This document shows positions 53,618 through 62,737 of a DNA stretch of 64,000 nucleotides, in pieces. The stretch lies in the sequence record OR805295.1; one strand, given 5' to 3'. A program made the position numbers and the translations under genes. Each line of letters begins with the position of its first letter. Within the stretch, counting starts at the first letter, position 1. The notes below the pieces were generated by a model that saw only the letters and a program-made list of their open reading frames with translations, was not told where the DNA came from and searched no databases.

Positions 53618-55333
53618 ATGTCTAGTTGGAAAAAACATTTTAAGCCTGCATCAAATTCAGCGCTGCCTATACAAACTAAAAATACATCTGGTTATGCTTC
53701 TGCTGTTTCAAAATATAACACATGGCTTCCTGAAGTTTATATGGGTCCGCCTAACAGATTGGAGCGGTACATTCAGTATGAACAAATGGATCTAGATCAC
53801 GAAGTAAACACTGCATTAGATACTATAGCAGAGTTTTCCACACAACCGGACGGTGTAACCGGGTTGCCATTAAATATAAAATTTACAGAAGAACCTACTG
53901 AAACAGAATTAAAAATTTTAACAAAAAGCTTAAAAAGATGGATACATCTTAATAAGTTTGAAGATAGGCTTTTCGGTATTTTTAGATCTACAATAATGTA
54001 TGGAGATCAATTCTTTATAAGAGATCCGGAAACTTACGAATTATATTGGGTAGACCCGCACAAAGTAGAAAAAATAATTGTTAACGAAAGTAAAGGAAAA
54101 GAAATAGAGACCTATTTCATTAAAGATGTCGATTTAAATACTGCAGAGTTAGTAGGATCTAATGTAACTAATAAAATACAAATAGGATACGGAAACACAG
54201 CATCTGCTTTCCCCCAAGCAACTATGGGAATAAATCCTGCAGGACCATACGCATCTGCAAATAATCCTAGTCAGAATGGCTCATTAGCTAACAGCGAAGC
54301 TATGCCGATAAATGCAAAGCATATAGTTCATTTTTCTATGACGGAAGGTATGAATTCTGCGTGGCCGTTTGGTACTAGTGAATTAGAGACTATATTTAAA
54401 GTATATAAGCAAAAAGAAATGCTTGAAGATGCAATGCTTATATATAGAATTCATCGCGCACCAGAAAGACGTGTGTTTATTATTGACACAGGTAACTTAC
54501 CTCCTAACAAAGCTCAGCAAGTGTTAGAGCGCGTTAAATATGAAGTACAACAAAAAAGGATTCCTAATAAAACCGGCGGCGGAAGTAACATTCTAGACTC
54601 GTCATATAACCCTCTTTCTACTCTTGAAGATTATTATTTTGCTCAGTCAGCAGACGGCAGAGGATCGAAAGTAGATGTTTTACCGGGAGGTTCTAATCTA
54701 GGCGAAATAGATGATATGCGTTATTTTAATAATAAAATGATGCGTGCGTTAGGAGTTCCTAGTTCGTATCTGCCTACAGGACCCGATGATGGTACAGCAG
54801 GGTATAATGACGGAAGAGTAGGAACTGCATATATACAAGAATTTAGATTTAGTGAAAGATGCAAAAGACATCAACGCCAAATAGTAAAAACATTAGATAA
54901 AGAATTTAAACTATATCTTAAGTTTAGTGGTATTACTATAGACAATAGTATATTTAATATAACATTTGTAGAGCCACAAAATTTTGCTAAATATCGACAA
55001 ATAGATATGGATTCTGCTCAAGTTGCAGTTTTCAATGGGATTGCCGATGTCCCCTACATAAGTAAGCGGTTTGCATTGAAACGTTATTTAGGTTGGGGAG
55101 AAGCTGAAATTCTAGAAAACGAAAAGATGTATGCAGAAGAGCAGAGTCTTAAAAACAAACGTGGTAAAAAAGCTGATGCTGGTATGAGACAAGTGGGTAT
55201 TTCGCCAGCTGCGCTAGCTGGTGTTGGGGAGTTTGATACCAGTGCAGTTAGTGATAGTTCTGACTTCGGTGATGACGATATAGTCGATGATATCGATTTA
55301 GATCAAACAGTAGAAGACTTTGGGAAAGAATAA
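53618..55333 (+). CDS. gp20: portal protein
   Basis: LEDAMLIYRIHRAPERRVFIIDTGNLPP..A; EDYYF...GRGSKVDVLPGG.NLGEIDD. Confidence 0.95.
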   Translation: MSSWKKHFKPASNSALPIQTKNTSGYASAVSKYNTWLPEVYMGPPNRLERYIQYEQMDLDHEVNTALDTIAEFSTQPDGVTGLPLNIKFTEEPTETELKILTKSLKRWIHLNKFEDRLFGIFRSTIMYGDQFFIRDPETYELYWVDPHKVEKIIVNESKGKEIETYFIKDVDLNTAELVGSNVTNKIQIGYGNTASAFPQATMGINPAGPYASANNPSQNGSLANSEAMPINAKHIVHFSMTEGMNSAWPFGTSELETIFKVYKQKEMLEDAMLIYRIHRAPERRVFIIDTGNLPPNKAQQVLERVKYEVQQKRIPNKTGGGSNILDSSYNPLSTLEDYYFAQSADGRGSKVDVLPGGSNLGEIDDMRYFNNKMMRALGVPSSYLPTGPDDGTAGYNDGRVGTAYIQEFRFSERCKRHQRQIVKTLDKEFKLYLKFSGITIDNSIFNITFVEPQNFAKYRQIDMDSAQVAVFNGIADVPYISKRFALKRYLGWGEAEILENEKMYAEEQSLKNKRGKKADAGMRQVGISPAALAGVGEFDTSAVSDSSDFGDDDIVDDIDLDQTVEDFGKE

Positions 55334-55554
55334 TGAAAATTAATGATATTATAACAGAAGGTTATTATAATCCTGCAGACGATTCTAGTGCAATTGCACA
55401 TAAGTCAGATACACGTAGACCTAGACTAACATTTTCTCATTTAAATAAGCTTAGAAAAATGAGAGAATTGCGTAAAGTAGAAACAGAAGAACATTTAGTG
55501 TTGGTTAGACAAATGTATAGCCAACCGACACAATCAGACGATACATTTGGATAA
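55333..55554 (+). CDS. small conserved prohead-region protein, 73 aa
   Basis: DTRRPRLT...LNKLRKM; between portal and core genes. Confidence 0.85.
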   Translation: MKINDIITEGYYNPADDSSAIAHKSDTRRPRLTFSHLNKLRKMRELRKVETEEHLVLVRQMYSQPTQSDDTFG

Positions 55555-55577
55555 AATTTCTAAAAATGTTAGTTTTT

Positions 55578-55599
55578 GGGGCATAAATGCCCCTTTTTT
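55578..55599 (+). terminator. Rho-independent terminator
   Basis: GGGGCA-TAAA-TGCCCC-TTTTTT. Confidence 0.8.
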
Positions 55600-55620
55600 A
55601 ATATTAAGTGTAAATACCGA

Positions 55621-55628
55621 TATAAATA
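55621..55628 (+). promoter_or_regulatory. late promoter TATAAATA (exact T4 consensus)
   Basis: Heads the core-protease-scaffold-capsid operon. Confidence 0.75.
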
Positions 55629-55659
55629 ATATACAACGTTTTCCTAAAGGAGTAAAAAC

Positions 55660-56472
55660 ATGTCTCATCGTAAGGAACTAGAAAAAGTTCTAGATCTTCT
55701 ACTAAATGAAAATGCAGAACAAGCTTCGGCATTATTACATCAGATTGTTGTAGCTAAAGCTCGCGATATTTACGAACAAGAATCTGCAGATTTTGAAGAA
55801 GATTTTGTAAATGAAGAAGTAGGTGGCGACAGCCGCGAATCGTTTATTGACGACATTAAATCTGACGAAGAAGAAATCGATGCAGATGAAATGTTTGATG
55901 ATCAGTCTAGCGAATTAAATTCTGAAGATGAAGAAGAAGCTGATGCTGATCAAGATATAGAAGATAAAGTAGAAGATCTAGAAGCTCAGTTAGCTGCATT
56001 AAAAGCAGAATTTGAGACTCTAGTAAGTCAAGAGGAAGATGAACCGTATCATCCTAATTTAGAACAAGATTTAGATGATGCTGCCGCTGATGCCCTAGAA
56101 AAATTTGAAAGTTTAGAAGAAGCAACTAAGTTTAGTGATTCTGTAAACGTAGATATGAAACAAGAAGGTAAATTAGCAGGAACAGGTAATAAAAGTAAAA
56201 CTGGTTCTGTAGATAAAGAATCACCTTTTAGTAAACCTACTCAAAAGAAAAATTACGGAGTAGATCCTGTTAAATTTGCTAAATCTACTAATCAAGGCGC
56301 TGAAGCTTCAAAGAAAGCAGACGAATCGTGTGATTTGAATACAGAAGCTACTCCTGAAAAAGTTAGCGATCCTGCAATGAAACAAGAAGGTAAATTAGCA
56401 GGAACAGGTAATAAAAGTAAAACTGGTTCTGTAGATAAAGAATCACCCCTATCTAAAGCACCTAAGAAGTAA
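55660..56472 (+). CDS. acidic prohead core protein, 270 aa
   Basis: Very Asp/Glu-rich; between portal and protease (T4 gp67/68 position). Confidence 0.85.
   Translation: MSHRKELEKVLDLLLNENAEQASALLHQIVVAKARDIYEQESADFEEDFVNEEVGGDSRESFIDDIKSDEEEIDADEMFDDQSSELNSEDEEEADADQDIEDKVEDLEAQLAALKAEFETLVSQEEDEPYHPNLEQDLDDAAADALEKFESLEEATKFSDSVNVDMKQEGKLAGTGNKSKTGSVDKESPFSKPTQKKNYGVDPVKFAKSTNQGAEASKKADESCDLNTEATPEKVSDPAMKQEGKLAGTGNKSKTGSVDKESPLSKAPKK
56155..56447 (+). repeat. exact 71-bp intragenic duplication (56155-56225 and 56377-56447)
   Basis: Encodes MKQEGKLAGTGNKSKTGSVDKESP twice. Confidence 0.95.
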
Positions 56473-56490
56473 TTTAGGATAAGTATAAGT

Positions 56491-57123
56491 ATGGCTAGAC
56501 AGCTTTACGAATATATGTCCCAATCTAAGGGATCGATAATAATAGAACACGGCACCGGACCTGACGGTGCCCGTGATCTATTTATGCGCGGAATATTTAT
56601 TCAAGGTGATGTAAAAAATCATAATCAGCGCATCTATCCCCTACATGAAATATCTCATGCAGTTGAATCAGTAAAAGCAAAAATACAGGAAGGGTTTTCT
56701 GTTTTAGGAGAACTCGATCATCCAGAAGAATTAACTATTAATTTAGACAGAGTGTCTCATATAATCACAGAAATGTGGATGGAAGGCAACTGCGGCTACG
56801 GCAAATTAAAATTATTAGATACTCCTACTGGAATTATTGCTAAAAGCTTATTAACTGCCGGAGCCAAATTGGGCGTAAGTTCTCGCGGCTCAGGTAATGT
56901 AGGTTATGACGGTGTAGTGAGCGACTTTGATATTGTAACAGTTGACATTGTTGCACAACCGAGCGCGCCTAATGCATATCCTAAACCTATATATGAAAGT
57001 TTATACAACATGAAAGGCGGCGAAATCATTATGGATTTAGCCCGTAACACACCACAGGATCCTAGTGCAGATAAATATCTCAGTAGGGAAATAATAAAAC
57101 TTATATCCGAATTGAAAAAATAG
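56491..57123 (+). CDS. gp21: prohead protease
   Basis: GIFIQG..KNHNQRIYP, LGELDHP, GVSSRGSG and DIVAQPSAP motifs. Confidence 0.95.
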   Translation: MARQLYEYMSQSKGSIIIEHGTGPDGARDLFMRGIFIQGDVKNHNQRIYPLHEISHAVESVKAKIQEGFSVLGELDHPEELTINLDRVSHIITEMWMEGNCGYGKLKLLDTPTGIIAKSLLTAGAKLGVSSRGSGNVGYDGVVSDFDIVTVDIVAQPSAPNAYPKPIYESLYNMKGGEIIMDLARNTPQDPSADKYLSREIIKLISELKK

Positions 57124-57135
57124 TAGGAGATTTAA

Positions 57136-58242
57136 ATGACAGTGAAGTTCGAACATATCCTAAACGAACAAACTTCTTTAAGTGCAGAAGTAAAATCTGC
57201 TATTACAGAAGCATGGGAAGCTCGTATAGGACAAGTAAAAGAAGAACTCACTGCTGAGCTTCGTGAAGAATTTGCTCGTAAGTTTGCACACGACAAAGAA
57301 CAACTTGTCGAAGCAATGGACAAATTCTTAGAAGAAAAAATCCGCAGTGAAATCGAAGAATTTGCTCAAGACAAACGAGAACTAGCTGCCGAACGAGTTC
57401 AAGCTAAAATGCAAGTAAAAGAACATATCGAAATGCTCGATAAGTTCTTAATAGATGCAGTTTCTAAAGAAGTCAAAGAACTTCGTGAAGATCGCCGTGC
57501 AATTAAAGGCAATCTAGAGAAACTAGAAGAGTTTGCACTCACTAATCTTGCAACCGAAGTTAAAGAGCTTCGGGAAGAAAAGCAAGCATTAGTTCGTCAG
57601 AAAGTTAAATTAATTAGTGAAGCAAAAAAACAACTAGCAGAAACTAAAAAGCAGTTCATAAAGAAAGCGTCGCAAATAGTAGACACAAACATTAATAGCG
57701 TATTGCAAGAAGAAATAAAGCAATATAAAGAAGATATTGATGCTGCTCGTCGAAATGACTTTGGACGTCGTTTATTTGAAGCTTTTGCTGCAGAGTACAT
57801 GACTTCGCATCTAAACGAAGGTAGTGAACTTAAGAAACTCAAAAATATTCTTATACAAAAAGAAGAAGCCCTTAATGAAGCTTTATCTCATGTAGAAGAA
57901 CGTGAAGCACTTGCAGAAAATCTACGCACTCGCATTTCTGTATTAGAAGAGCGTGTTAAACGTAGCTCTGTAATGTCTGAATTGTTAGCTCCGCTAAATA
58001 AAGAAAAGCGTAGTGTAATGCAAGATCTTTTAGAGTCTGTAAAAACAGAACATTTAAAAGTTGCATATAACAAATATTTGCCAGCAGTGCTAGATTGTAG
58101 TGCAGCACCGGCAAGTAAAAAAGAAGCTCTAACTGAGTCAGCAAGAGCTGTAAAAACTGGTAACAGGGCGTCTAGCGTTGCCCAGCAAGATGACTCATCT
58201 GTAGGCGTTGAAGAATTAAGACGCCTAGCAGGCATTAAGTAA
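57136..58242 (+). CDS. gp22: prohead scaffolding protein
   Basis: Coiled-coil, Glu/Lys-rich, between protease and capsid; FGRRLFEAF and RRLAGI. Confidence 0.9.
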   Translation: MTVKFEHILNEQTSLSAEVKSAITEAWEARIGQVKEELTAELREEFARKFAHDKEQLVEAMDKFLEEKIRSEIEEFAQDKRELAAERVQAKMQVKEHIEMLDKFLIDAVSKEVKELREDRRAIKGNLEKLEEFALTNLATEVKELREEKQALVRQKVKLISEAKKQLAETKKQFIKKASQIVDTNINSVLQEEIKQYKEDIDAARRNDFGRRLFEAFAAEYMTSHLNEGSELKKLKNILIQKEEALNEALSHVEEREALAENLRTRISVLEERVKRSSVMSELLAPLNKEKRSVMQDLLESVKTEHLKVAYNKYLPAVLDCSAAPASKKEALTESARAVKTGNRASSVAQQDDSSVGVEELRRLAGIK

Positions 58243-58261
58243 TTAGGAGAATAACTTAAAA

Positions 58262-59449
58262 ATGTCTAATCGTCTATTTGAAAGCAACTGGGCTGCTACT
58301 AAAAGCGCCCTCACTGAAGGTCTAAAAGGTCAACGTAAGTCGACTATGGACGCAGTAATGGAAAACACTAAGCGTTTCTTAGTTGAAAATGCTTCCGCCG
58401 GTGCTACCCAAGCCGGTAACATAGCTACTATCAACAAAGTAATGCTACCCCTAATCCGTCGTGTTATGCCTTCCGTTATTGCTAACGAAATTATGGGTGT
58501 ACAGCCTATGACTGGTCCCGTAGGTCAGATACATACCCTACGTGTTCGTTATGCTGATACTGCATCTGGTGTTCAAGCTGGCACTGAAGCACTAAGCCCG
58601 TTCGATATTGCAAAAGCATATTCTGGTAACGAAGCTTTAAACAACAGCACTAACCCAGTTCCAGGCGCTGCCAACACTTCTCGTATGGAAGGTTTTGCCG
58701 GTAATCGCATGAACATTCAAATTCTAAAAGAAACCGTAGAAGCACGTACTCGTCGTCTAAGCGCTCGCTGGACCTTCGAATCTGCACAGGATGCTAATGC
58801 TCTTCACGGTATAGATATAGAAGCTGAAATCATGCAAGCTTTAGCTCAAGAAATTACCGTCGAAATCGACCAAGAAATGCTAAATCGTCTACGTATTTTA
58901 GCTGGTCCGGCTCCTGTAACTTATAACCAAGCTGCTGTATCTGGTACTGCTACTTATGTTGGTGATGAACATGCTGCATTAGCTGTAATGATCAACCAAC
59001 AGGCTAACTTAGTTGCTGCTCGTACTCGTCGCGGCGCTGCTAACTGGGCTGTTATTTCGCCTAACGCACTAACTGTTCTACAGTCTGCAACTACTTCGAC
59101 TTTTGCTCGTACTACTGAAGGTGTATTTGAAGCGCCTACTAACGTTAAATTTGCAGGTACCTTAAACGGAACTATGCGCATTTATGTAGATACTTATGCT
59201 GCTGAAGATGAAAAAGTTTTAATCGGTTATAAAGGTTCGACCGAAACTGATGCTGCTGCATTCTTCTGCCCGTATATTCCGTTAATGAGCACTGGTCCGG
59301 TAATTGATCCTACTACTTTCGAGCCTGTAGTATCATTTATGTCCAGATACGGTTACTTAGAACTCACCAATACTGCTAACTCGCTGGGTAACGGTGCTGA
59401 CTATCTAAGTTCGATTGCTATAGATGCATCCACTCTTAAATTCTTCTAA
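58262..59449 (+). CDS. gp23: major capsid protein
   Basis: LIRRVMP..IA.EI.GVQPMTGP.GQI..LR; ARW..E.AQD...HG.D.EAE; FFCPYIPL; FMSRYG. Confidence 0.97.
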   Translation: MSNRLFESNWAATKSALTEGLKGQRKSTMDAVMENTKRFLVENASAGATQAGNIATINKVMLPLIRRVMPSVIANEIMGVQPMTGPVGQIHTLRVRYADTASGVQAGTEALSPFDIAKAYSGNEALNNSTNPVPGAANTSRMEGFAGNRMNIQILKETVEARTRRLSARWTFESAQDANALHGIDIEAEIMQALAQEITVEIDQEMLNRLRILAGPAPVTYNQAAVSGTATYVGDEHAALAVMINQQANLVAARTRRGAANWAVISPNALTVLQSATTSTFARTTEGVFEAPTNVKFAGTLNGTMRIYVDTYAAEDEKVLIGYKGSTETDAAAFFCPYIPLMSTGPVIDPTTFEPVVSFMSRYGYLELTNTANSLGNGADYLSSIAIDASTLKFF

Positions 59450-59485
59450 TAATAACAAGTTATACTTGTTATTCGAAGAATACCA

Positions 59486-59517
59486 AAAAAAGTGTAGTAG
59501 AAATACTACACTTTTTT
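59486..59517 (+). terminator. Rho-independent terminator after capsid gene
   Basis: AAAAAAGTGTAGTA-GAAA-TACTACACTTTTTT. Confidence 0.9.
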
Positions 59518-59518
59518 A

Positions 59519-59547
59519 TTGACTAGAAAAAAATAATTTGTTAGTAT
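59519..59547 (+). promoter_or_regulatory. sigma70-type promoter
   Basis: TTGACT-17-TAGTAT. Confidence 0.65.
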
Positions 59548-59567
59548 TATAAAAAACTATTTTATAT

Positions 59568-61145
59568 ATGTCAGACTTAATAATACAAATAAAAGAATTG
59601 ATAAAAAGTAAACCAAAGCATTTCAGTGTTTTGATTAAAAAAGATTTAAAATTAGCAGAATTTGTAGAGCAACACTGCACTAATCCCTATAATACTGTGT
59701 ATGCTGCTAAAGTGTATACTGCTATAACCGGCGAAAAAGAAGAATGCAAATACGGAAACACAAAAAAATTTAATTCAATAAATGACGGGTTTAGATTTTG
59801 TGGTACTGCATCCTCGTGCAAGTGTTGTAAAGAAAGTGTATCTAATAACTTAGTGCAATCAAAAAAGATAGAAAATAAAGAAATATCAAAGAAAAAGCGT
59901 GAAAAAACTAATCTAAAAAAATACGGAGTATCAAATACTGGGCAATCTGCTATTGCTCTACAAAATCATGCAAAATTTTACGAAAATAAACAAAATGTAG
60001 ACAAAGTAACGTCTAAGATAAAGCACACTAAGTCAATAAAATACGGTAACAAAAATTTTAATGGTAATAAATGGTATTCTAAAATATCGGAAAAACTAAA
60101 AGAAAATAATTTATCTTTTACTATACAAGAACATGAATATAAAGGTATGGCAGAAACATATTGCATAAAATGTGGAACCTGTAATACCACTTTTATGTCT
60201 AAGGTTAGATATAGTAGTATACCGACTTGTGCAATATGTATGCCAGAATTGACAGTATGTAATTCAACACAAGAACAAGAATTATTTAATTTTATAAGAC
60301 AACATTATTCTGGAGAAATAATAACTGGATCTAGAAAAATATTAGATTCTGGAAAAAGTTTAGATATATACCTTCCTGAAAAAAATCTTGCGATAGAATA
60401 TAATGAGCTTTATTGGCATGTAATGGATAACGATCGTTTACCGCACATAACCAAAACGTATCATTATGACAAATATATAGGTTGTAAAGAAAAGGGAATA
60501 TCGTTAATTACTATATATGGACATTTGTATAACTCTAAAAAAACTATAATAGAAAACAGATTACTTCATAAATTAGGCTATACACAAGAGACGGTATATG
60601 CTAGAAAATGTATTATTAAAGATGTGCCTTCTGCAGAAGAAAAAGAATTTTTGAATAAAACGCATATACAAGGTTATGTTCCGTCATCTATAAAATACGG
60701 ATTGTATTTTAATGATGTATTAGTTGCATTAATGAGTTTTATAAAATCATCTAACAGAAACATTTCGGGAAATAACAGATACGACTACGAATTGCTTAGA
60801 TATGCAACATCTTGTTCGGTACTAGGCGGTGCATCTAAATTGTTTTCTCATTTTGTAAAGAATAATATTCCTAATTCTATAGTTTCATATTCACAAAACG
60901 AATGGAATACAGGCAATGTTTACCGTATATTAGGGTTCAAACAAGAACCTAAAATAAACATAGGATATTGGTATGTAAGTCCGGATTTTTGTAAAGTATA
61001 TCATAGGACTAATTATACTAAAAAGAAATTAATAGAACATGGCTTTAATTCAAATAAGTCAGAACACCAGATAATGGAAGAGCGTGGATTTAGACGACTA
61101 TATGATTGTGGTAATACCAAATGGGTGTGGGAAAACAAAATATAA
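59568..61145 (+). mobile_element. free-standing putative homing endonuclease (Hef-like, Vsr/DUF559-type nuclease core)
   Basis: EKTNLKKYGV repeat, CxxC pairs, LDIYLP...AIEYN..YWH, VYARKC, ELLRYA..GGASKL and YDCG motifs. Confidence 0.75.
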
Positions 61146-61196
61146 GTTTTTAAAATACAGAGTTGTGTTATACTTTAAAAATAAAAGGGGTTTTTA

Positions 61197-61661
61197 GTGT
61201 CAGACATAGTTGATATACGTTTTGAGTTTGTAGGATACGATTCAGACATAAAATACGTAAATAATTGCGAAAATAGTGGATGTTATGATGAGGGTATATG
61301 TCGTTGTGGACATTTTGAAGATACAGATATAAATGGTATACCAGATGATCCCGAATATATTTTTCCAACTAAAATGTCTGTATGGAGACGAGTAGGATAT
61401 AATGGAATATATGATGATTACAAACATAGTTACTATGAAATCACTGAATCCGATAGAAAATATTTTGCAAAAATAATGCATTTTATCGGTTATACACTAG
61501 ATTCTTTTTATTTTGATATCGAATCGGGGTACTATGGCGAAGAAGGCGGAGATCTAGTACACGATAAACAGGGCTTGTTAAAATCTGCCATGATTGACAT
61601 TTTAAACAGACCCGACGAAGAAGACAGATTGGTGTATTTATTATCTAAAACTTGGGAATAA
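61197..61661 (+). CDS. acidic Cys-cluster protein, paralogue of next gene
   Basis: CENSGCYDEGICRC and GYYGEEG. Confidence 0.8.
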   Translation: MSDIVDIRFEFVGYDSDIKYVNNCENSGCYDEGICRCGHFEDTDINGIPDDPEYIFPTKMSVWRRVGYNGIYDDYKHSYYEITESDRKYFAKIMHFIGYTLDSFYFDIESGYYGEEGGDLVHDKQGLLKSAMIDILNRPDEEDRLVYLLSKTWE

Positions 61662-61662
61662 T

Positions 61663-62361
61663 ATGGATACATTCATTACATTTTATGGCAGATACTATGC
61701 AACTTTAGATTACGAACTGCAACACAATTGTAATAACGATTGTATAGAAAGCGGAATATGCAGATGTTCTGTAATAACATCCCCTGTAGTGGTATCTATC
61801 AATAACTATAAAGTGTATGATATGGTCGAGGTGTTAGTAAATAAACCCGATTTAAACGGAACACCTAGATGTGTTAGATATATGTATAGTCAAATAGAGC
61901 AATATTGTGTAGAAAGAATCATAACAAAACATAAAATTTTAGACGGTTCACTATATTATGTAACTGTAGAACGTGGTTATTACGGTGATGAAATCGGTGA
62001 CATAATCCATGAAAATGAACAAAATGCAATGGATGATATATTAACGATGATTTCATTAAAAACCGATATAGAAAAACTACATTATGTTTTAATGTTAGAA
62101 TACGGGTATATTGCTCCTATAATTTCTGAGTGTAAAAACTTGGCTATTAAAAAAGTATGTATAAACGATATAGTTCCTACTATTGCATATAAAAGTATGG
62201 AACCTCAGCATACCTATCATTTAGATGTATATGATGATATGATAATGGGTGTGCTAAAGGGAAATAAATTGATTGATGGTAATCATAGATATTCATTTTA
62301 TATGAATAAAATGAGAGATAAAAATAAAGATAACTTTGTATATTATATAGAATTATCTTAA
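61663..62361 (+). CDS. Cys-cluster protein with C-terminal ParB-like motif
   Basis: CNNDCIESGICRC, GYYGDEIG and LIDGNHRY. Confidence 0.8.
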   Translation: MDTFITFYGRYYATLDYELQHNCNNDCIESGICRCSVITSPVVVSINNYKVYDMVEVLVNKPDLNGTPRCVRYMYSQIEQYCVERIITKHKILDGSLYYVTVERGYYGDEIGDIIHENEQNAMDDILTMISLKTDIEKLHYVLMLEYGYIAPIISECKNLAIKKVCINDIVPTIAYKSMEPQHTYHLDVYDDMIMGVLKGNKLIDGNHRYSFYMNKMRDKNKDNFVYYIELS

Positions 62362-62371
62362 CGGTGTATAT

Positions 62372-62677
62372 ATGAAAACAATAGGCGTGGATTATGATGA
62401 CACTATATCACAAGATGATAACGGATGGTTATCTGTATTACTTGCACTTGAGCACATTGGATACAGGGTTGTTATTGTTACTTACCGTAATCCTACCTGC
62501 TATCCAGAAGATCTTCAATTTTTAATAGATAAAGGATATAAGGTATACTTTACAAGTCAACATGCTAAAAGAACGTATATGGAAAATCTTGGCATAGATA
62601 TAGATATTTGGATAGACGATAGTCCCGAATCTATATTATATAATTATGATTCATATTTAGGTAAGTATATAAAATAA
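62372..62677 (+). CDS. HAD-superfamily phosphatase, minimal
   Basis: IGVDYDDT motif I, VT motif II, K motif III, WIDDSP motif IV. Confidence 0.85.
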   Translation: MKTIGVDYDDTISQDDNGWLSVLLALEHIGYRVVIVTYRNPTCYPEDLQFLIDKGYKVYFTSQHAKRTYMENLGIDIDIWIDDSPESILYNYDSYLGKYIK

Positions 62678-62702
62678 AAAAGGAGCATAATGCTCCTTTT
62701 TT
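62676..62702. terminator. Rho-independent terminator
   Basis: AAAAAAGGAGCA-TAA-TGCTCCTTTTTT. Confidence 0.85.
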
Positions 62703-62705
62703 ATT

Positions 62706-62713
62706 GATAAATA
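62706..62713 (+). promoter_or_regulatory. late promoter GATAAATA
   Basis: 25 nt upstream of ATG 62738. Confidence 0.75.
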
Positions 62714-62737
62714 TATGCATCTTAAGGAATAAGGTGT

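Noticed and set aside
45062-59449. Inteins or introns in gp46, portal, protease or capsid genes
   Set aside because: Lengths and motif spacing are normal; no LAGLIDADG insert or C/S...HN splice pattern was seen.
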